This document shows positions 18,585 to 28,710 of a stretch of 64,000 bases of DNA, piece after piece (position 1 is the first letter of the stretch; every line of letters begins with the position of its first letter). The stretch spans positions 8,483 to 72,482 of the forward strand of contig JACPWO010000002.1 of assembly GCA_016197005.1 (NCBI GenBank), read 5' to 3'. Origin of the DNA: Candidatus Anderseniibacteriota bacterium (GTDB taxonomy: Bacteria; Patescibacteriota; Andersenbacteria; UBA10190). Under the pieces are notes generated by a model. The model saw only the letters and a list, made by a program, of their open reading frames with translations. It had not been told where the DNA came from and did not search any database. The position numbers and the translations under genes were made by a program.

Positions 18585-19211
18585 ATGGACGAGCTTGACC
18601 TTATAGTCTGGATCTTGTGGGCGCTTCGGATATTTTTCATATACGTTGGAGCGATACTTGTGGCCGTACTCTATCTTGATCGCTCGGGAGAATTCATAAC
18701 CGATGACCGCGGACTGTTTGTTATTGCTGTGGTCGTTGCCTTTATTTTTGCATTTTGGGCATGGCTCGGAAGCGGGGATCAACCTGAAGATGAGCAACCC
18801 GAGCAACATGCTCCGACTACCACACATATACAACCCATAGAGATATCAACCACAAGCCGCCCAATCCTTGCTGACAATGATGAAGAATATAGAAAGAAGG
18901 AGCGAGGACTACAAATACAAGCAACATTCTATCTCTTATCGCAACTCGTTGCGCTTGCTGCTGTCCTTGTAACGGTACTCATAATGGGGCTGCGAGCAGA
19001 AACGATATTGGTCGGAACCTTAAGTGCGGTGTTTATTATGATGCCCTATGCCTGGTGGGAGAGCCGGCAGCTGAAGCGTTCATTTTCTCAGAGGGGGCTT
19101 CGGGCTGAGCTGCGAGTTGTAACTATTGGAAAATACCTTGTCTTAGTGTGTGTTCTTCTCTTCCTCGCATACTATGCAGCTCTCGCCTTTGAGTTAGACG
19201 TAGGATTCTAG
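18585..19211 (+). CDS. Hypothetical five-TM membrane protein.
   Basis: Five hydrophobic helices. Acidic linker DQPEDEQPEQ. Confidence 0.4.
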   Translation: MDELDLIVWILWALRIFFIYVGAILVAVLYLDRSGEFITDDRGLFVIAVVVAFIFAFWAWLGSGDQPEDEQPEQHAPTTTHIQPIEISTTSRPILADNDEEYRKKERGLQIQATFYLLSQLVALAAVLVTVLIMGLRAETILVGTLSAVFIMMPYAWWESRQLKRSFSQRGLRAELRVVTIGKYLVLVCVLLFLAYYAALAFELDVGF

Positions 19212-19244
19212 AAGTACGCTTTTTAGAATAGTTGCCCTGATCCA

Positions 19245-19616
19245 TTGGGAGTATATGCTAATAATGTGATCTCCCAATATCTCCTCAGGGTAGCCGAGCA
19301 ACAAAACGACCGCGTGATTGATTTTACCAATAATACAAGCGATTTCGTTGAAGTCGTATTTGATGTCGATGGTAAGGAAGTAAAAGGATATTGTTATCCA
19401 CCGCGACATCATAAGCCGGTGCGCAGAATGAGGACAGGAGAGCCACTTCCTCTTGGAAAGCACGGAGTTGTGACAGCGTACGTGTATCCCGGAGAGGCAG
19501 ACCTTGACGAAAGGGACTTAGACATTCCGCCGTTTCTGCGTTGGCGTCTTAAGAAAAAAGTCCGATTTCATCGAACATCACAAAGTCCTGCTGTTGTTCT
19601 TACGGCAGCATATTAA
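19245..19616 (+). CDS. Hypothetical protein.
   Basis: 123-aa ORF co-directional with its neighbours. An antisense ORF overlaps it, so strand choice is uncertain. Confidence 0.3.
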   Translation: MGVYANNVISQYLLRVAEQQNDRVIDFTNNTSDFVEVVFDVDGKEVKGYCYPPRHHKPVRRMRTGEPLPLGKHGVVTAYVYPGEADLDERDLDIPPFLRWRLKKKVRFHRTSQSPAVVLTAAY

Positions 19617-19866
19617 AAGTACAAGAAAGCGATACTGGATTTTAAATGAGTTCTTAAAGAGCAAAAATCCCAACACTTGTAGCTCTTGTCTCATTCTGCC
19701 CAATTAATGTGTCTAAACGTATTTATAATGGGAGCAAGTCTTAGTTCTAGCCAACCGATCTCTGCCCAAAGTTGGGCATCAAGATGATTACCCTCTTTAA
19801 GTTCATTGCTTTTAAATATTGAATAATAATTGCAGAAGAGAGTGATATGTGTAAGGTTGAAATGAT

Positions 19867-21705
19867 ATGTTGGCCAAGATATTTGCACAATTAGTAACGA
19901 CAGCTGTTGTGGTAGTTGCAGCGGTGATGCTGTTCTCTGGAAACTCCAGCGCCGCCCAAAATACTAGTCAGCTTGAAATATTTTTCACGGACAAAGATAA
20001 CAATCTGAAAACAGCGTCGCTGGCTGACGAAAAATGGGGCATTGACACTGTCGATAATCCTGGTGGGGCGGTCGGCACGTCACTGTCGGTCGTGTTGGAT
20101 AACCAGGGAGCTAGCCATTTAAGCTACCGAGATAGTCGACCGGGTAAAGCAGAATATCAACAATCTGATTTACGCTATGCTACCAACAGTAGTGGTACCT
20201 GGCAGGATGAGGAGGCTTTTGGAACAGATGGTCGTATTGGTGCCAATGCAATAGTAGTAGATGCGCAAGGACATGTTCACATTATTTTCAACCATTACCC
20301 GGCAAATGATCCCAGTAATGGTGAGCTGCTTTATGCCAATAATTCAACCGGCGACTGGCAAGTAGAGGAAGTTAGCCAATCAGCTTTAATTAATAGTGGC
20401 AATATTGGCATTGATGCTAGTGGTCTACTACATACTGTCTACCAACACAATCAACAGCTTGTTTACTCTAAACGCACAGGTTCTAATCAGTGGACGAGCG
20501 AAGTGATAACATCTTTTGGCAGCCGACTACCTCATGTTGCTTTTGCCCTGGATAGTGATGGGCAACCGCAGGTTGCCATTGTTCTGCAAGATGAGAATAA
20601 ACTGAAATTCGCTAAGCGCGGTGGCGATAGCTGGAGCATTGAAGATGTGACAAGTTGGACTAACGGTGGCGACCAACATGTATACTTAGGTCTAGATACT
20701 AACGATAAGGCACACCTTGCATTAACGACTGGTCCAGGTAATGGACGTGGACCTCATTATATTACGAAAAGTGGTAACCAGTGGTTAATTGAGTCAGTCG
20801 GCGCTTTCATAACAGAGCCTTCATATTTGTCTTTGGGCGTTACCACTGACGATACGGTGCATCTAACTTTTGCGACTGCGTATGATAATTCACCACAATT
20901 AGACTCTGATCGACCACTGCATTATGCCAGACGAGTTGATAACCAGTGGATAGTTGATCAAGTGCATGAAGAAGGTACCGTCTTGCGAGGACGATTTCCC
21001 GTCATGGTAACTTCAGGTGCATCCCCTGTTTTACCCGACTGTTTTGCGCGAACTCTTGGGCTGTATTGCGCTAACGACCCGTCACCAGTAACTAATCCCA
21101 ACGTTGATAACACGAGCAGTAGCAATGAAGTTAGTAGTGGTGATAATGGTGGTGGGGGCGACTCCGGCGGCGGTGGGGGCGGTGGAGGTGGTAATGGCGG
21201 TGAATCTACACCGGCGCCCGTAGCCAAGCCGCGAGTATTAGGTATACAAACTGTTAAAGTCTCAGCAGCTGATAAAGCAGCGCCGGACTTTATTCCAAAT
21301 CAGCAGGTTCCCGTCATTGTCGCTCGACTTTTTCAAGAAGTTTTTGGGCGACTAATTACTCCTGCAGAAAGTACATACTGGAAGGGTCGAGCACGTAGTG
21401 ATAAAGCTACCGAAACTAAACTTAGAGGTGCTATGGCGTGGCACCAGGCTAACGGTTCGACAGGTGCTATGGCATCAGTAGTAACTGCTGTAAACGCTCC
21501 AGCTTCTACAACGAATATTATTTCGAACAAGCAAGTACCAGCGGTTGTTGAACAAGTATTCGCCAAGGTTTTCCATTTACGCGTTAGTGCAATTCTGAGT
21601 ACATACTGGAAGGGTCGAGCACGCACAGACAAACGCACTAAGAGTCTACTTGAAGGTGCTATGCGATGGTATCAAGGTAAAGGATTGACTTCGCCTACTA
21701 GTTGA
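19867..21705 (+). CDS. Secreted repeat protein with a propeller-like N-terminal domain, a poly-Gly linker and two C-terminal DUF4214-like repeats.
   Basis: Signal peptide. A recurring hhhDxxGxxHhhh motif about every 50 aa. Linker GGGGDSGGGGGGGGGNGG. Duplicated ...STYWKGRAR.DK.T...GAM.W.Q..G modules. Confidence 0.6.
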   Translation: MLAKIFAQLVTTAVVVVAAVMLFSGNSSAAQNTSQLEIFFTDKDNNLKTASLADEKWGIDTVDNPGGAVGTSLSVVLDNQGASHLSYRDSRPGKAEYQQSDLRYATNSSGTWQDEEAFGTDGRIGANAIVVDAQGHVHIIFNHYPANDPSNGELLYANNSTGDWQVEEVSQSALINSGNIGIDASGLLHTVYQHNQQLVYSKRTGSNQWTSEVITSFGSRLPHVAFALDSDGQPQVAIVLQDENKLKFAKRGGDSWSIEDVTSWTNGGDQHVYLGLDTNDKAHLALTTGPGNGRGPHYITKSGNQWLIESVGAFITEPSYLSLGVTTDDTVHLTFATAYDNSPQLDSDRPLHYARRVDNQWIVDQVHEEGTVLRGRFPVMVTSGASPVLPDCFARTLGLYCANDPSPVTNPNVDNTSSSNEVSSGDNGGGGDSGGGGGGGGGNGGESTPAPVAKPRVLGIQTVKVSAADKAAPDFIPNQQVPVIVARLFQEVFGRLITPAESTYWKGRARSDKATETKLRGAMAWHQANGSTGAMASVVTAVNAPASTTNIISNKQVPAVVEQVFAKVFHLRVSAILSTYWKGRARTDKRTKSLLEGAMRWYQGKGLTSPTS

Positions 21706-21829
21706 TTTCCAGCGAAGCGTTGGTCAACATTGCTTTTTCTTTTACCCAAAACAGGTTCTAGTATTCTCTAGTACTGCGAGCAAAACGATAAACACTTAAC
21801 AAATTAAAGTAATTTAATAACATTAAAGT

Positions 21830-22258
21830 ATGACAACAATAAATCCGTGGATCAATTTTAATGGGAATGCCGAAGAAGCATTTACATTTTACAAATCAGT
21901 CTTTGGCGGTGAGTTTACAAAAATCATACGTTTCAAAGACCTTGCGAGCACTGAGTTCCCGGTAGCAGAAAAGGAGGAAAATAAAATTATGTATATTGCT
22001 TTGCCTATTGATGAAGGTAATGTATTGATTGCAAATGATGTCCCCGAGTTTATGGGGCAAGTAAATGAAAACGAAAACAGGAGTAAAATTGCAATAAGCA
22101 CTGAAAGTAAAGAAGAGGCGGATAGATTATTTAACGGTCTTTCTGCTGGAGGAAAAATAGAGGGCCCTATGGGGAATAGTCCTTGGGGTACGTATGCTGG
22201 TATGTTCAGAGATACATATGGTATTGAGTGGATAGTTGAATGTTCTCCTGGTAAATGA
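21830..22258 (+). CDS. VOC-family (PhnB-like) protein.
   Basis: INPWINFNGNAEEAFTFYKSVFGG matches the N-terminus of the PhnB-like glyoxalase fold. Confidence 0.55.
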   Translation: MTTINPWINFNGNAEEAFTFYKSVFGGEFTKIIRFKDLASTEFPVAEKEENKIMYIALPIDEGNVLIANDVPEFMGQVNENENRSKIAISTESKEEADRLFNGLSAGGKIEGPMGNSPWGTYAGMFRDTYGIEWIVECSPGK

Positions 22259-22380
22259 AAAAGCGGCGGGACAAGGAGAACTAACCTATAGCAAAACTAT
22301 ACAAGCTCTCAACTATCGGGTTGTTGGCTCGATCAGAATTGATAAACCCCAGGGATCGGAATCGAACTTTATTAATAACA

Positions 22381-22412
22381 AAACCGCCGGGAGGTGATCC
22401 GGCGGTTTCTCT
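22381..22412. terminator. Bidirectional rho-independent terminator between convergent genes.
   Basis: Perfect hairpin CCGCCGG-gaggtgat-CCGGCGG, flanked by AAA upstream and TTT downstream. Confidence 0.6.
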
Positions 22413-22428
22413 AGATTGGTTCGTCTTG

Positions 22429-22914
22429 TTATTTCCCGACGTGACGGAAAGGCATGCCCATACGTGGCCCAAACTTTCCATGTGGTCCCTTCATGCCTAG
22501 GTTTAGATATTGAAGAGGAATATCATTATCTTCTGCCCATCGCTTTAGTTCATCCATTTTTGTTTTCATAGCATCGCGACGTTCTTCCATTGTTTTTTCT
22601 TTTAGTGATTCTATGAATGTCTTAAGTTCAGCATGCTTAGCGGTTATCAGATCGGCTTGTGCCTGAGTGATTTTCCCATCCGTCACCGTTTGGGCAAGTC
22701 GATCTTTCATGGCTTGTTCATGCTCTGTCATTAAATCTGAGCGATGCTCATCAAAGACAGTCTGAAGGTCATCCCGGTTAAGGCTGAATCGTTCAACGAG
22801 CCGATCAATTAAGTTTGTAGTATTTGAAGCAGCGTAGGTAGGGCTGGCATGAAACACAACAAGTCCTAATACTGCAATGGCACTAGCGGCAAACAATGAT
22901 TTTTTGGCTTTCAT
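22429..22914 (-). CDS. Secreted helical protein; possibly a periplasmic stress protein of the Spy/CpxP type.
   Basis: Signal peptide (AASAIAVLGLVVFHASPTYA). A charged, coiled-coil-like body. Confidence 0.4.
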   Translation of the reverse strand: MKAKKSLFAASAIAVLGLVVFHASPTYAASNTTNLIDRLVERFSLNRDDLQTVFDEHRSDLMTEHEQAMKDRLAQTVTDGKITQAQADLITAKHAELKTFIESLKEKTMEERRDAMKTKMDELKRWAEDNDIPLQYLNLGMKGPHGKFGPRMGMPFRHVGK

Positions 22915-22997
22915 ATATTGATAGTTAATGATTATGAATTAGTGTCCTTACTATGCCAAAAACGTAATGAAGCCAGGGTGAATTTTGTATGAAGGTT

Positions 22998-24047
22998 TTA
23001 AGCTTTTATTGGGAGAGTTAAAGTAACGGTAGTGCCTTCTCCTGGCTTGCTACTGATGTTTACCGAGCCGCCATAGTTGTGGATAACTGCTTGAACAATA
23101 GATAATCCCAAGCCGCTACCACCCTTCTCGCGTGATCGACTTTGGTCAACCCTGTAGAAACGATCAAAGAGTTTTGGAATTTCTTCTTCAGCGATGCCGA
23201 TACCGGTATCGCTGACTATAATATCGACGCTAGTTTTATTGGGTCTTAGGCTAACGACAACATTTCCATTGGGTTTATTGTGATCGATACCATTCTTAAT
23301 TAGGTTGCTGATCGCCTGCAGGATATGTTCTTTGTTGGCAGTAACCATTACTGGCAACTCGTGTGTCACAGGAGAAGAGATGACCTTAATGTTGTGTTTT
23401 GTTGCGTACCCCTGGAGACGCTTGACGGTTGCCGTGACTATCTCGTTGAGGTCAATCGCTTCTTTAGATGTGGATAGCTGATTCTCACCATCAAGACGTG
23501 AGATCAAGAGTAAGTCTTTAACAATCCTACCCATGCGCTGCACTTCTTCAAGGTGGCTCTGTGCATTTTCTTTTTCTTCAGTGCTTGCCTTGGTATTATC
23601 AAGCTCATTTTCTAAGTCAGTTTGGAGGATGGCTAACGGGGTGCGCAGTTCGTGAGAAGCATCGCTTAAGAAACGGCGCTGTTGTTCGTATGCTTGTTTG
23701 ATGGGGCGAAGTGTAAGACCAGCGAGAATATAGCTTAAACCGACGGCGCCAATAAAGAGTGTGCCATTCACTAATATCATGGAGGTGATCAGTTCTTGCC
23801 GGGCTTGTGCTCGAGCTTCTTGCCCTATTTCTAAAATTTGTGGTGGTGGTGGCAAAGGTCGTCCTCGAAAAAACATGCGCGCCTCAAGCCGGTTTGAGAA
23901 AACCGAATGTGTGGTAATAGCAGAAATAACTAAGACAGCCAATAGAAGAACGGCATAAATGCCAGTCAGCCGCAGACGCGTCAGCTGAAACTTGTCGTTA
24001 CGCAACCCGGTAACCTTTTCCGCGAATTGTTTCAATTCGTTTGGCAT
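22998..24047 (-). CDS. Sensor histidine kinase.
   Basis: Two TM helices. H-box SHELRTPL. N-box NLIKNGIDH. G-boxes DTGIGI and GGSGLGLSIV. Confidence 0.85.
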   Translation of the reverse strand: MPNELKQFAEKVTGLRNDKFQLTRLRLTGIYAVLLLAVLVISAITTHSVFSNRLEARMFFRGRPLPPPPQILEIGQEARAQARQELITSMILVNGTLFIGAVGLSYILAGLTLRPIKQAYEQQRRFLSDASHELRTPLAILQTDLENELDNTKASTEEKENAQSHLEEVQRMGRIVKDLLLISRLDGENQLSTSKEAIDLNEIVTATVKRLQGYATKHNIKVISSPVTHELPVMVTANKEHILQAISNLIKNGIDHNKPNGNVVVSLRPNKTSVDIIVSDTGIGIAEEEIPKLFDRFYRVDQSRSREKGGSGLGLSIVQAVIHNYGGSVNISSKPGEGTTVTLTLPIKA

Positions 24048-24660
24048 AGTCTTTTGGTAGTTTTTTACGCAGGTTCTTTAAATGGACGTCGACCACGTTA
24101 CTTAATGAGTCATAGAAATTATCCCATACGTGGTCGAGTATATCTTCGCGGGTGATAACCTTGTCGCGGTTACGCAAGAGGTATTCTAATAAAGAATACT
24201 CGCGGGTCGTCAAAGAAATCTCTGTATCGTTAATTGTTAAACGTTGAGCCTGTGTATCAAGCTTTAAATCATCGAGAGTGAGCGTGTCCGAGACCATTCC
24301 GTTGGGGCGGCGCAGTAGGCTGCGAATACGAGCAGTTAATTCCTCGAAAGAAAAAGGCTTAATTAAATAATCATCAGCCCCTTCATCTAATCCCGTAACT
24401 TTATCTTCTACTGCATCCTTAGCGGTAAGGAAGAGTATCGGCGTTGTGATACCGTCTTTGCGTAAATTGCGGCAGACGGTCAGGCCGTCTCGTCGAGGCA
24501 TCATGATATCGAGCAGGATCAGATCATACGGGTTCTTGCGAGCCAAATTTTCCCCAGCTTGTCCCTCAAAGGTGAAATCAACCGCGTAACCGCGGGTCTT
24601 AAGACCCTTGACAATTCCTTTATTTAGTTTAGGTTCGTCTTCAACGACTAAGATACGCAT
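23998..24660 (-). CDS. OmpR-family response regulator.
   Basis: MRILVVEDE. Phospho-acceptor in DLILLDIMMP. C-terminal winged helix ending RGKGYRV. Confidence 0.85.
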   Translation of the reverse strand: MRILVVEDEPKLNKGIVKGLKTRGYAVDFTFEGQAGENLARKNPYDLILLDIMMPRRDGLTVCRNLRKDGITTPILFLTAKDAVEDKVTGLDEGADDYLIKPFSFEELTARIRSLLRRPNGMVSDTLTLDDLKLDTQAQRLTINDTEISLTTREYSLLEYLLRNRDKVITREDILDHVWDNFYDSLSNVVDVHLKNLRKKLPKDYAKRIETIRGKGYRVA

Positions 24661-24711
24661 AGTTTTAGTAGTACCAATATGATGATGAAGAACCAATGAA
24701 GATACCAGAAT

Positions 24712-24742
24712 GTAGAGGCCGCTGATAGTAAGCGGCCTCTAC
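24712..24742 (-). terminator. Strong hairpin downstream of the 24747-25217 gene.
   Basis: 12-bp perfect stem GTAGAGGCCGCT / AGCGGCCTCTAC with a 7-nt loop. Confidence 0.45.
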
Positions 24743-24746
24743 AGAG

Positions 24747-25217
24747 TTATTGTTGATTCGGTAAAGCTTGGTTCCCACTTTGCCCGCCCGGTCGATTCCC
24801 GAAGGGAATATTCATACCTTCTGGAACGATTTGAATTGAGGTAGCCGTCGTGCTGCCATCAGGGTTTTGTTGTCCCGTGACAATCACCTGCGTGCCGGAG
24901 GTGACATCGCTGGCTGAACCACTGGTCATCTTCTGGTAGGCGGTGCTGCTATTTACCAGAACAATATGAGAGCTGTTATCAGGTGTTTGCACGGTGATTC
25001 TGCCATCCGTTACCGACTGAACTGCACCGGTAACTCTACCTCCACCAGACATCTGTCCATTAGCGCCTGGCATGCCGCGGAAGTTACCCATCATGCCGGG
25101 ACGTGGTCCTGGTTGTGCCCCGCTCAGTTTCGTGCCGCCGAAATATCCAGCTGCACCACCTACGATGAGACAGGCGATCGCAGTAGTCGCAATCGTTGCT
25201 TTAGTTGTCATATTCAA
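24747..25217 (-). CDS. Secreted Gly-rich protein of unknown function.
   Basis: Signal peptide followed by Gly/Pro-rich and Thr/Ser-rich segments. Confidence 0.4.
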   Translation of the reverse strand: MNMTTKATIATTAIACLIVGGAAGYFGGTKLSGAQPGPRPGMMGNFRGMPGANGQMSGGGRVTGAVQSVTDGRITVQTPDNSSHIVLVNSSTAYQKMTSGSASDVTSGTQVIVTGQQNPDGSTTATSIQIVPEGMNIPFGNRPGGQSGNQALPNQQ

Positions 25218-25237
25218 ACACCTCCTTCCGCAATGAG

Positions 25238-26470
25238 TTACTCATAATGCAATGCCACTATTGGCTGCAGTTGTGCTGCCCGACGAGCAGGGTAGTAGCC
25301 AAAAATAATGCCGATGGCAGTAGAAACAGTGAAGGCCAGGAGTGGGCCATAGAGCGAATAGGAAGCAGTGAGATTGAGTAATCGGCTGGCTAAGAAGGAG
25401 ATGCCAAAACCAAGCAGGATGCCAAAAATACCGCCGACGATGGTGAGTACCGCCGACTCGAGCAGAAATTGCAGCAAAATATCTTTTTTCTTTGCCCCAA
25501 TTGCTTTGCGAATACCAATCTCTCGTGTGCGCTCGGTAATGGTGACAAGCATGATATTCATAATGCCAATGCCACCGACGAGCAGTGATATGGCGGCAAT
25601 GCCAGAGAGTAGGTTAGTGAAGGTGCTGGTAGTTTCCGTGACAGCGTTTAAGAGATCGGCTTGGGAGCGAATAGTAAAGTCGGCTTCAGTCGGATTAGTA
25701 AGATGGTGCCGGCGTAATAAGAACATACCTACCTCATCCATCGTCTGATTCATCGTTTCTGCGCTCACCGCAGCTACTGAAATGCTGCTCACGTACCCAG
25801 TGCCAGCGAGTAATTTCTGAGCCGTAGTAACTGGCACGAATATACCGTCGTCGGAGCTGCCAAATCCCCCGCCGCCTTTAGCGACCGTGACGCCGATAAC
25901 TTTAAACGGAATGCGATTGATTTGAATAGTCTGGCCAACGGCTGTGCCGCCAGTGCCAAATAAATCTTCAACGACATTGGGTCCGAGCACGGCTACTTTT
26001 TCTATACCCACAATATTTCTATCGGAGAGAAAAGTGCCCGACGCCATCGTGATATTCGAGGTAATACGATAGTCTGGCAGTGCACCTGTCACTCGGGCAT
26101 TGGTATTGTTTCGTCCTTGAGTGGCTTGGTAATTCCGTGATACCTCGGCACTCACCGCCTCAACAGTTGTCAGTGACGCATTGTCAGCAATTGCCTGGGC
26201 ATCCTCAAGCGTCAGCGTGTTGGCTGACCCTGCTGCACCTTGCACACCTCCACCCTGGTTTGTTGCGCTCGAGGAGATCGTAAGAAGGTTTGAGCCGATT
26301 GAAGATATGCGCTCGGTGACTTGTGCCTGGGTTCCTTGGCCAAGTGCAATTAATCCCACCACCGCGGCAATACCAATGACTATACCGAGAATAGCTAAAC
26401 CTGTGCGTAGTTTATTACCAAGTAACGCATCAAGGGCAGTACTCATTGTTTCTTTAAAATCCATGGGCAT
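25238..26470 (-). CDS. MacB-type ABC transporter permease (FtsX domain with a periplasmic domain).
   Basis: N-terminal TM helix, a large periplasmic domain, and a C-terminal FtsX-like four-TM bundle (ILLQFLLESAVLTIVGGIFGILLGF). Confidence 0.8.
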   Translation of the reverse strand: MPMDFKETMSTALDALLGNKLRTGLAILGIVIGIAAVVGLIALGQGTQAQVTERISSIGSNLLTISSSATNQGGGVQGAAGSANTLTLEDAQAIADNASLTTVEAVSAEVSRNYQATQGRNNTNARVTGALPDYRITSNITMASGTFLSDRNIVGIEKVAVLGPNVVEDLFGTGGTAVGQTIQINRIPFKVIGVTVAKGGGGFGSSDDGIFVPVTTAQKLLAGTGYVSSISVAAVSAETMNQTMDEVGMFLLRRHHLTNPTEADFTIRSQADLLNAVTETTSTFTNLLSGIAAISLLVGGIGIMNIMLVTITERTREIGIRKAIGAKKKDILLQFLLESAVLTIVGGIFGILLGFGISFLASRLLNLTASYSLYGPLLAFTVSTAIGIIFGYYPARRAAQLQPIVALHYE

Positions 26471-27161
26471 GAGGCGATGTAGGAATAGGGTGCTCGTGCG
26501 GTTGCTGATGTTTGTCTTCACTGACGAGGCCATCGCGTAGGGTAATGACCCGTTTGGCGTGGGCGGCGATATCATGTTCGTGCGTCACCATGATGATGGT
26601 GTGGCCTTGGGCGTTCAGCTTTTGAAAAAAGTGCATAATTTCGTCTCCGGTTTTGGTATCTAAATTACCGGTAGGCTCATCCGCTAGAAGAATACTAGGA
26701 TTGGTTACCAGTGCCCTGGCGATGGCCACCCGCTGTTTTTGCCCACCAGAAATTTCATTCGGAAGCTTGTTAAGATGATCAGCGAGACCAACACGACTCA
26801 GTACTTTCTTCGCTTTTTCTTCTCGTGTCGTATCGTTCGCGTAGGCCAGTGGCAGGGCGACATTTTTGAGTAAGCTCATGCGAGCGAGTAAGTTAAACGC
26901 CTGAAAGACAAAACCAATTTTGCGGTTCCGAATGTCAGACAAGCGATCATCATCTAAGTCCTGGACCGCTTCACTATCAAGTTCATATGTGCCCGTAGTT
27001 GGAATATCCAGTGCGCCTATGATATGCATAAGTGTTGATTTCCCAGAGCCTGAAGGGCCCATGATGGCGACGAACTCACCTTTTTGAATAGAAAGACTTA
27101 TACCCTTTAGAGCACGAGTGCCATCAGGAAAGGTTTTGGTGATGTTCTTAATTTCGATCAT
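26454..27161 (-). CDS. ABC transporter ATP-binding protein (MacB/LolD type).
   Basis: Walker [10 protein letters not shown]. Signature [15 protein letters not shown]. Walker [12 protein letters not shown]. Confidence 0.85.
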   Translation of the reverse strand: MIEIKNITKTFPDGTRALKGISLSIQKGEFVAIMGPSGSGKSTLMHIIGALDIPTTGTYELDSEAVQDLDDDRLSDIRNRKIGFVFQAFNLLARMSLLKNVALPLAYANDTTREEKAKKVLSRVGLADHLNKLPNEISGGQKQRVAIARALVTNPSILLADEPTGNLDTKTGDEIMHFFQKLNAQGHTIIMVTHEHDIAAHAKRVITLRDGLVSEDKHQQPHEHPIPTSPHAHGF

Positions 27162-27167
27162 CGTTCT

Positions 27168-28574
27168 TTACCTAAAGATTGCGCCACCACCTGGTCCACC
27201 ACCGTTGCCTTGCTGTGTTTGTGCGCTAAAGGCACCACTCGTTGTTCCTGTTCCTTGGCTGGTAATTATTTGATCACCTTCCTGTAAGCCATCAATAATT
27301 TCTGTATGCGTATCATTGTTTGCACCGATTGTTACGGTGATGGTGGTAGCAGCACCGTCTCGCATAATCTGAACAGAATCTTGGTCATTCTGGGTGCTCA
27401 CTGCCGCACTTGGTACCAAGAGCACATCATTTTTCTGTTCAGTAATAATGCTGGCGCTCGCAGTCATGCCTGGACGAATACTTTCATCGATCATATCGAG
27501 CCCTATCTCTACGTTGTACGTCGTAACGCCGGAAGTAGTGGTACCTAATCGATCAATGCCCACCACGCTTCCGGTAAGAGTCTTATCTGGTAAGGCATCA
27601 AACGTTAGCGTTGCCGGTTGGCCGATCTCTACACTCGCAATATCTATTTCATTAATAGCGACCTGTGCCCGTAGACTCATTAGATCAATGATGGAAAAGA
27701 GAGACGTTGATGATCCGCTGCTCCCAGTGTCGCTACTGCTTGCTGCATTACTACTGCCGACAGTACTGCCTTCCACCAACGACAGATTCATAATCGTACC
27801 GCCAACAGGCGCAGTTAGTGTTTGGCTTGTGAGTGCCTGATAGCTTAAGCGACTGGCAGTTAGGCTCGCCGCAGACGCATTGTATGACTGCTGCGCACTC
27901 TTAGTTTTGAGCGCTGCCGACTCGGTATCTCTCTTTGATTGTTGGAGCGCCACATCAGCTGTTTTCAAATTTTCTTGGCCTTGTAATGTAGCTGTCTGCA
28001 GATCAATTTTGGCACTTTGTGTACCGCGTTCAGCTGAGACTGTTTTTAGCGCAGTATCAGCTGCTTCCTGAGTTATGGCTGCACCGATGACGCCTTTATC
28101 GGCATCAATCACTGGCTGGTTAACGGCAATTTTCGCTTGGTCGTAGGCCAGTTGGCTGGCGGCTAAGGTAGTCTTTTCAATGTTTTCATTTTTCTGAGTA
28201 TCTTGCAGTCGTTGTTGCGCATCAGTTACTGCTCCTTGTGCAGATAAAAGCGAGGCATATGCTTTCGCAATATCTTCAGCTGTTGCCAGCGACTTAATTT
28301 TGAGTAGTGCTTGGTCAGCCCTAACTACGTCACCGTCTTTGACGAGCAGCTGCTCAACACGTCCCTGACCACTCACGCTGACATCAGCCTGAATCTTTGC
28401 CAGCACAGAACCCGTACCAGTAACGGATTGGACCAGCGTACCTTTTGTAACTGTTTCCGTTGTTGGGGTAGTAGAGGTTTCAGTTGTATTTGAGCTGTAC
28501 CACCACCAGCCGCCAGCGACGACTGCGATTACGACTGCACTAATAAGCCACGGGTTACGGTATGGGATTTTCAT
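27168..28574 (-). CDS. HlyD/MacA-family periplasmic adaptor subunit.
   Basis: N-terminal TM anchor. A long coiled-coil hairpin region. C-terminal beta-barrel/lipoyl segments. Confidence 0.75.
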   Translation of the reverse strand: MKIPYRNPWLISAVVIAVVAGGWWWYSSNTTETSTTPTTETVTKGTLVQSVTGTGSVLAKIQADVSVSGQGRVEQLLVKDGDVVRADQALLKIKSLATAEDIAKAYASLLSAQGAVTDAQQRLQDTQKNENIEKTTLAASQLAYDQAKIAVNQPVIDADKGVIGAAITQEAADTALKTVSAERGTQSAKIDLQTATLQGQENLKTADVALQQSKRDTESAALKTKSAQQSYNASAASLTASRLSYQALTSQTLTAPVGGTIMNLSLVEGSTVGSSNAASSSDTGSSGSSTSLFSIIDLMSLRAQVAINEIDIASVEIGQPATLTFDALPDKTLTGSVVGIDRLGTTTSGVTTYNVEIGLDMIDESIRPGMTASASIITEQKNDVLLVPSAAVSTQNDQDSVQIMRDGAATTITVTIGANNDTHTEIIDGLQEGDQIITSQGTGTTSGAFSAQTQQGNGGGPGGGAIFR

Positions 28575-28710
28575 ATGTCATCACTGTAGAAAACCCTTTA
28601 TGAAGGGAAGATGAAGGACGGGCCGACGCTTGTTTGCTAATTGTGGGTAGTTACTCCGGGGCTACTAGCTACCAGTCTAAGCTGAGAGGCTTTTGGGCTT
28701 GGATATTGGT

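Noticed and set aside
21120-21200. GGT/GGC-rich simple repeat.
   Set aside because: It lies in-frame inside a coding region and encodes a Gly linker. It is not a CRISPR array or a non-coding microsatellite.
20958-21227. Minus-strand ORF encoding a poly-Pro stretch (PPPPPPPPPPP).
   Set aside because: This is the antisense reading of the poly-Gly linker (GGGGGGGGG) of the 19867-21705 secreted protein. Low-complexity mirror artefact.
23998-24047. 50-nt overlap between the response-regulator 3' end and the histidine-kinase start.
   Set aside because: The HK likely initiates at a downstream alternative start, or the overlap is genuine coupling. Neither case needs a special explanation.
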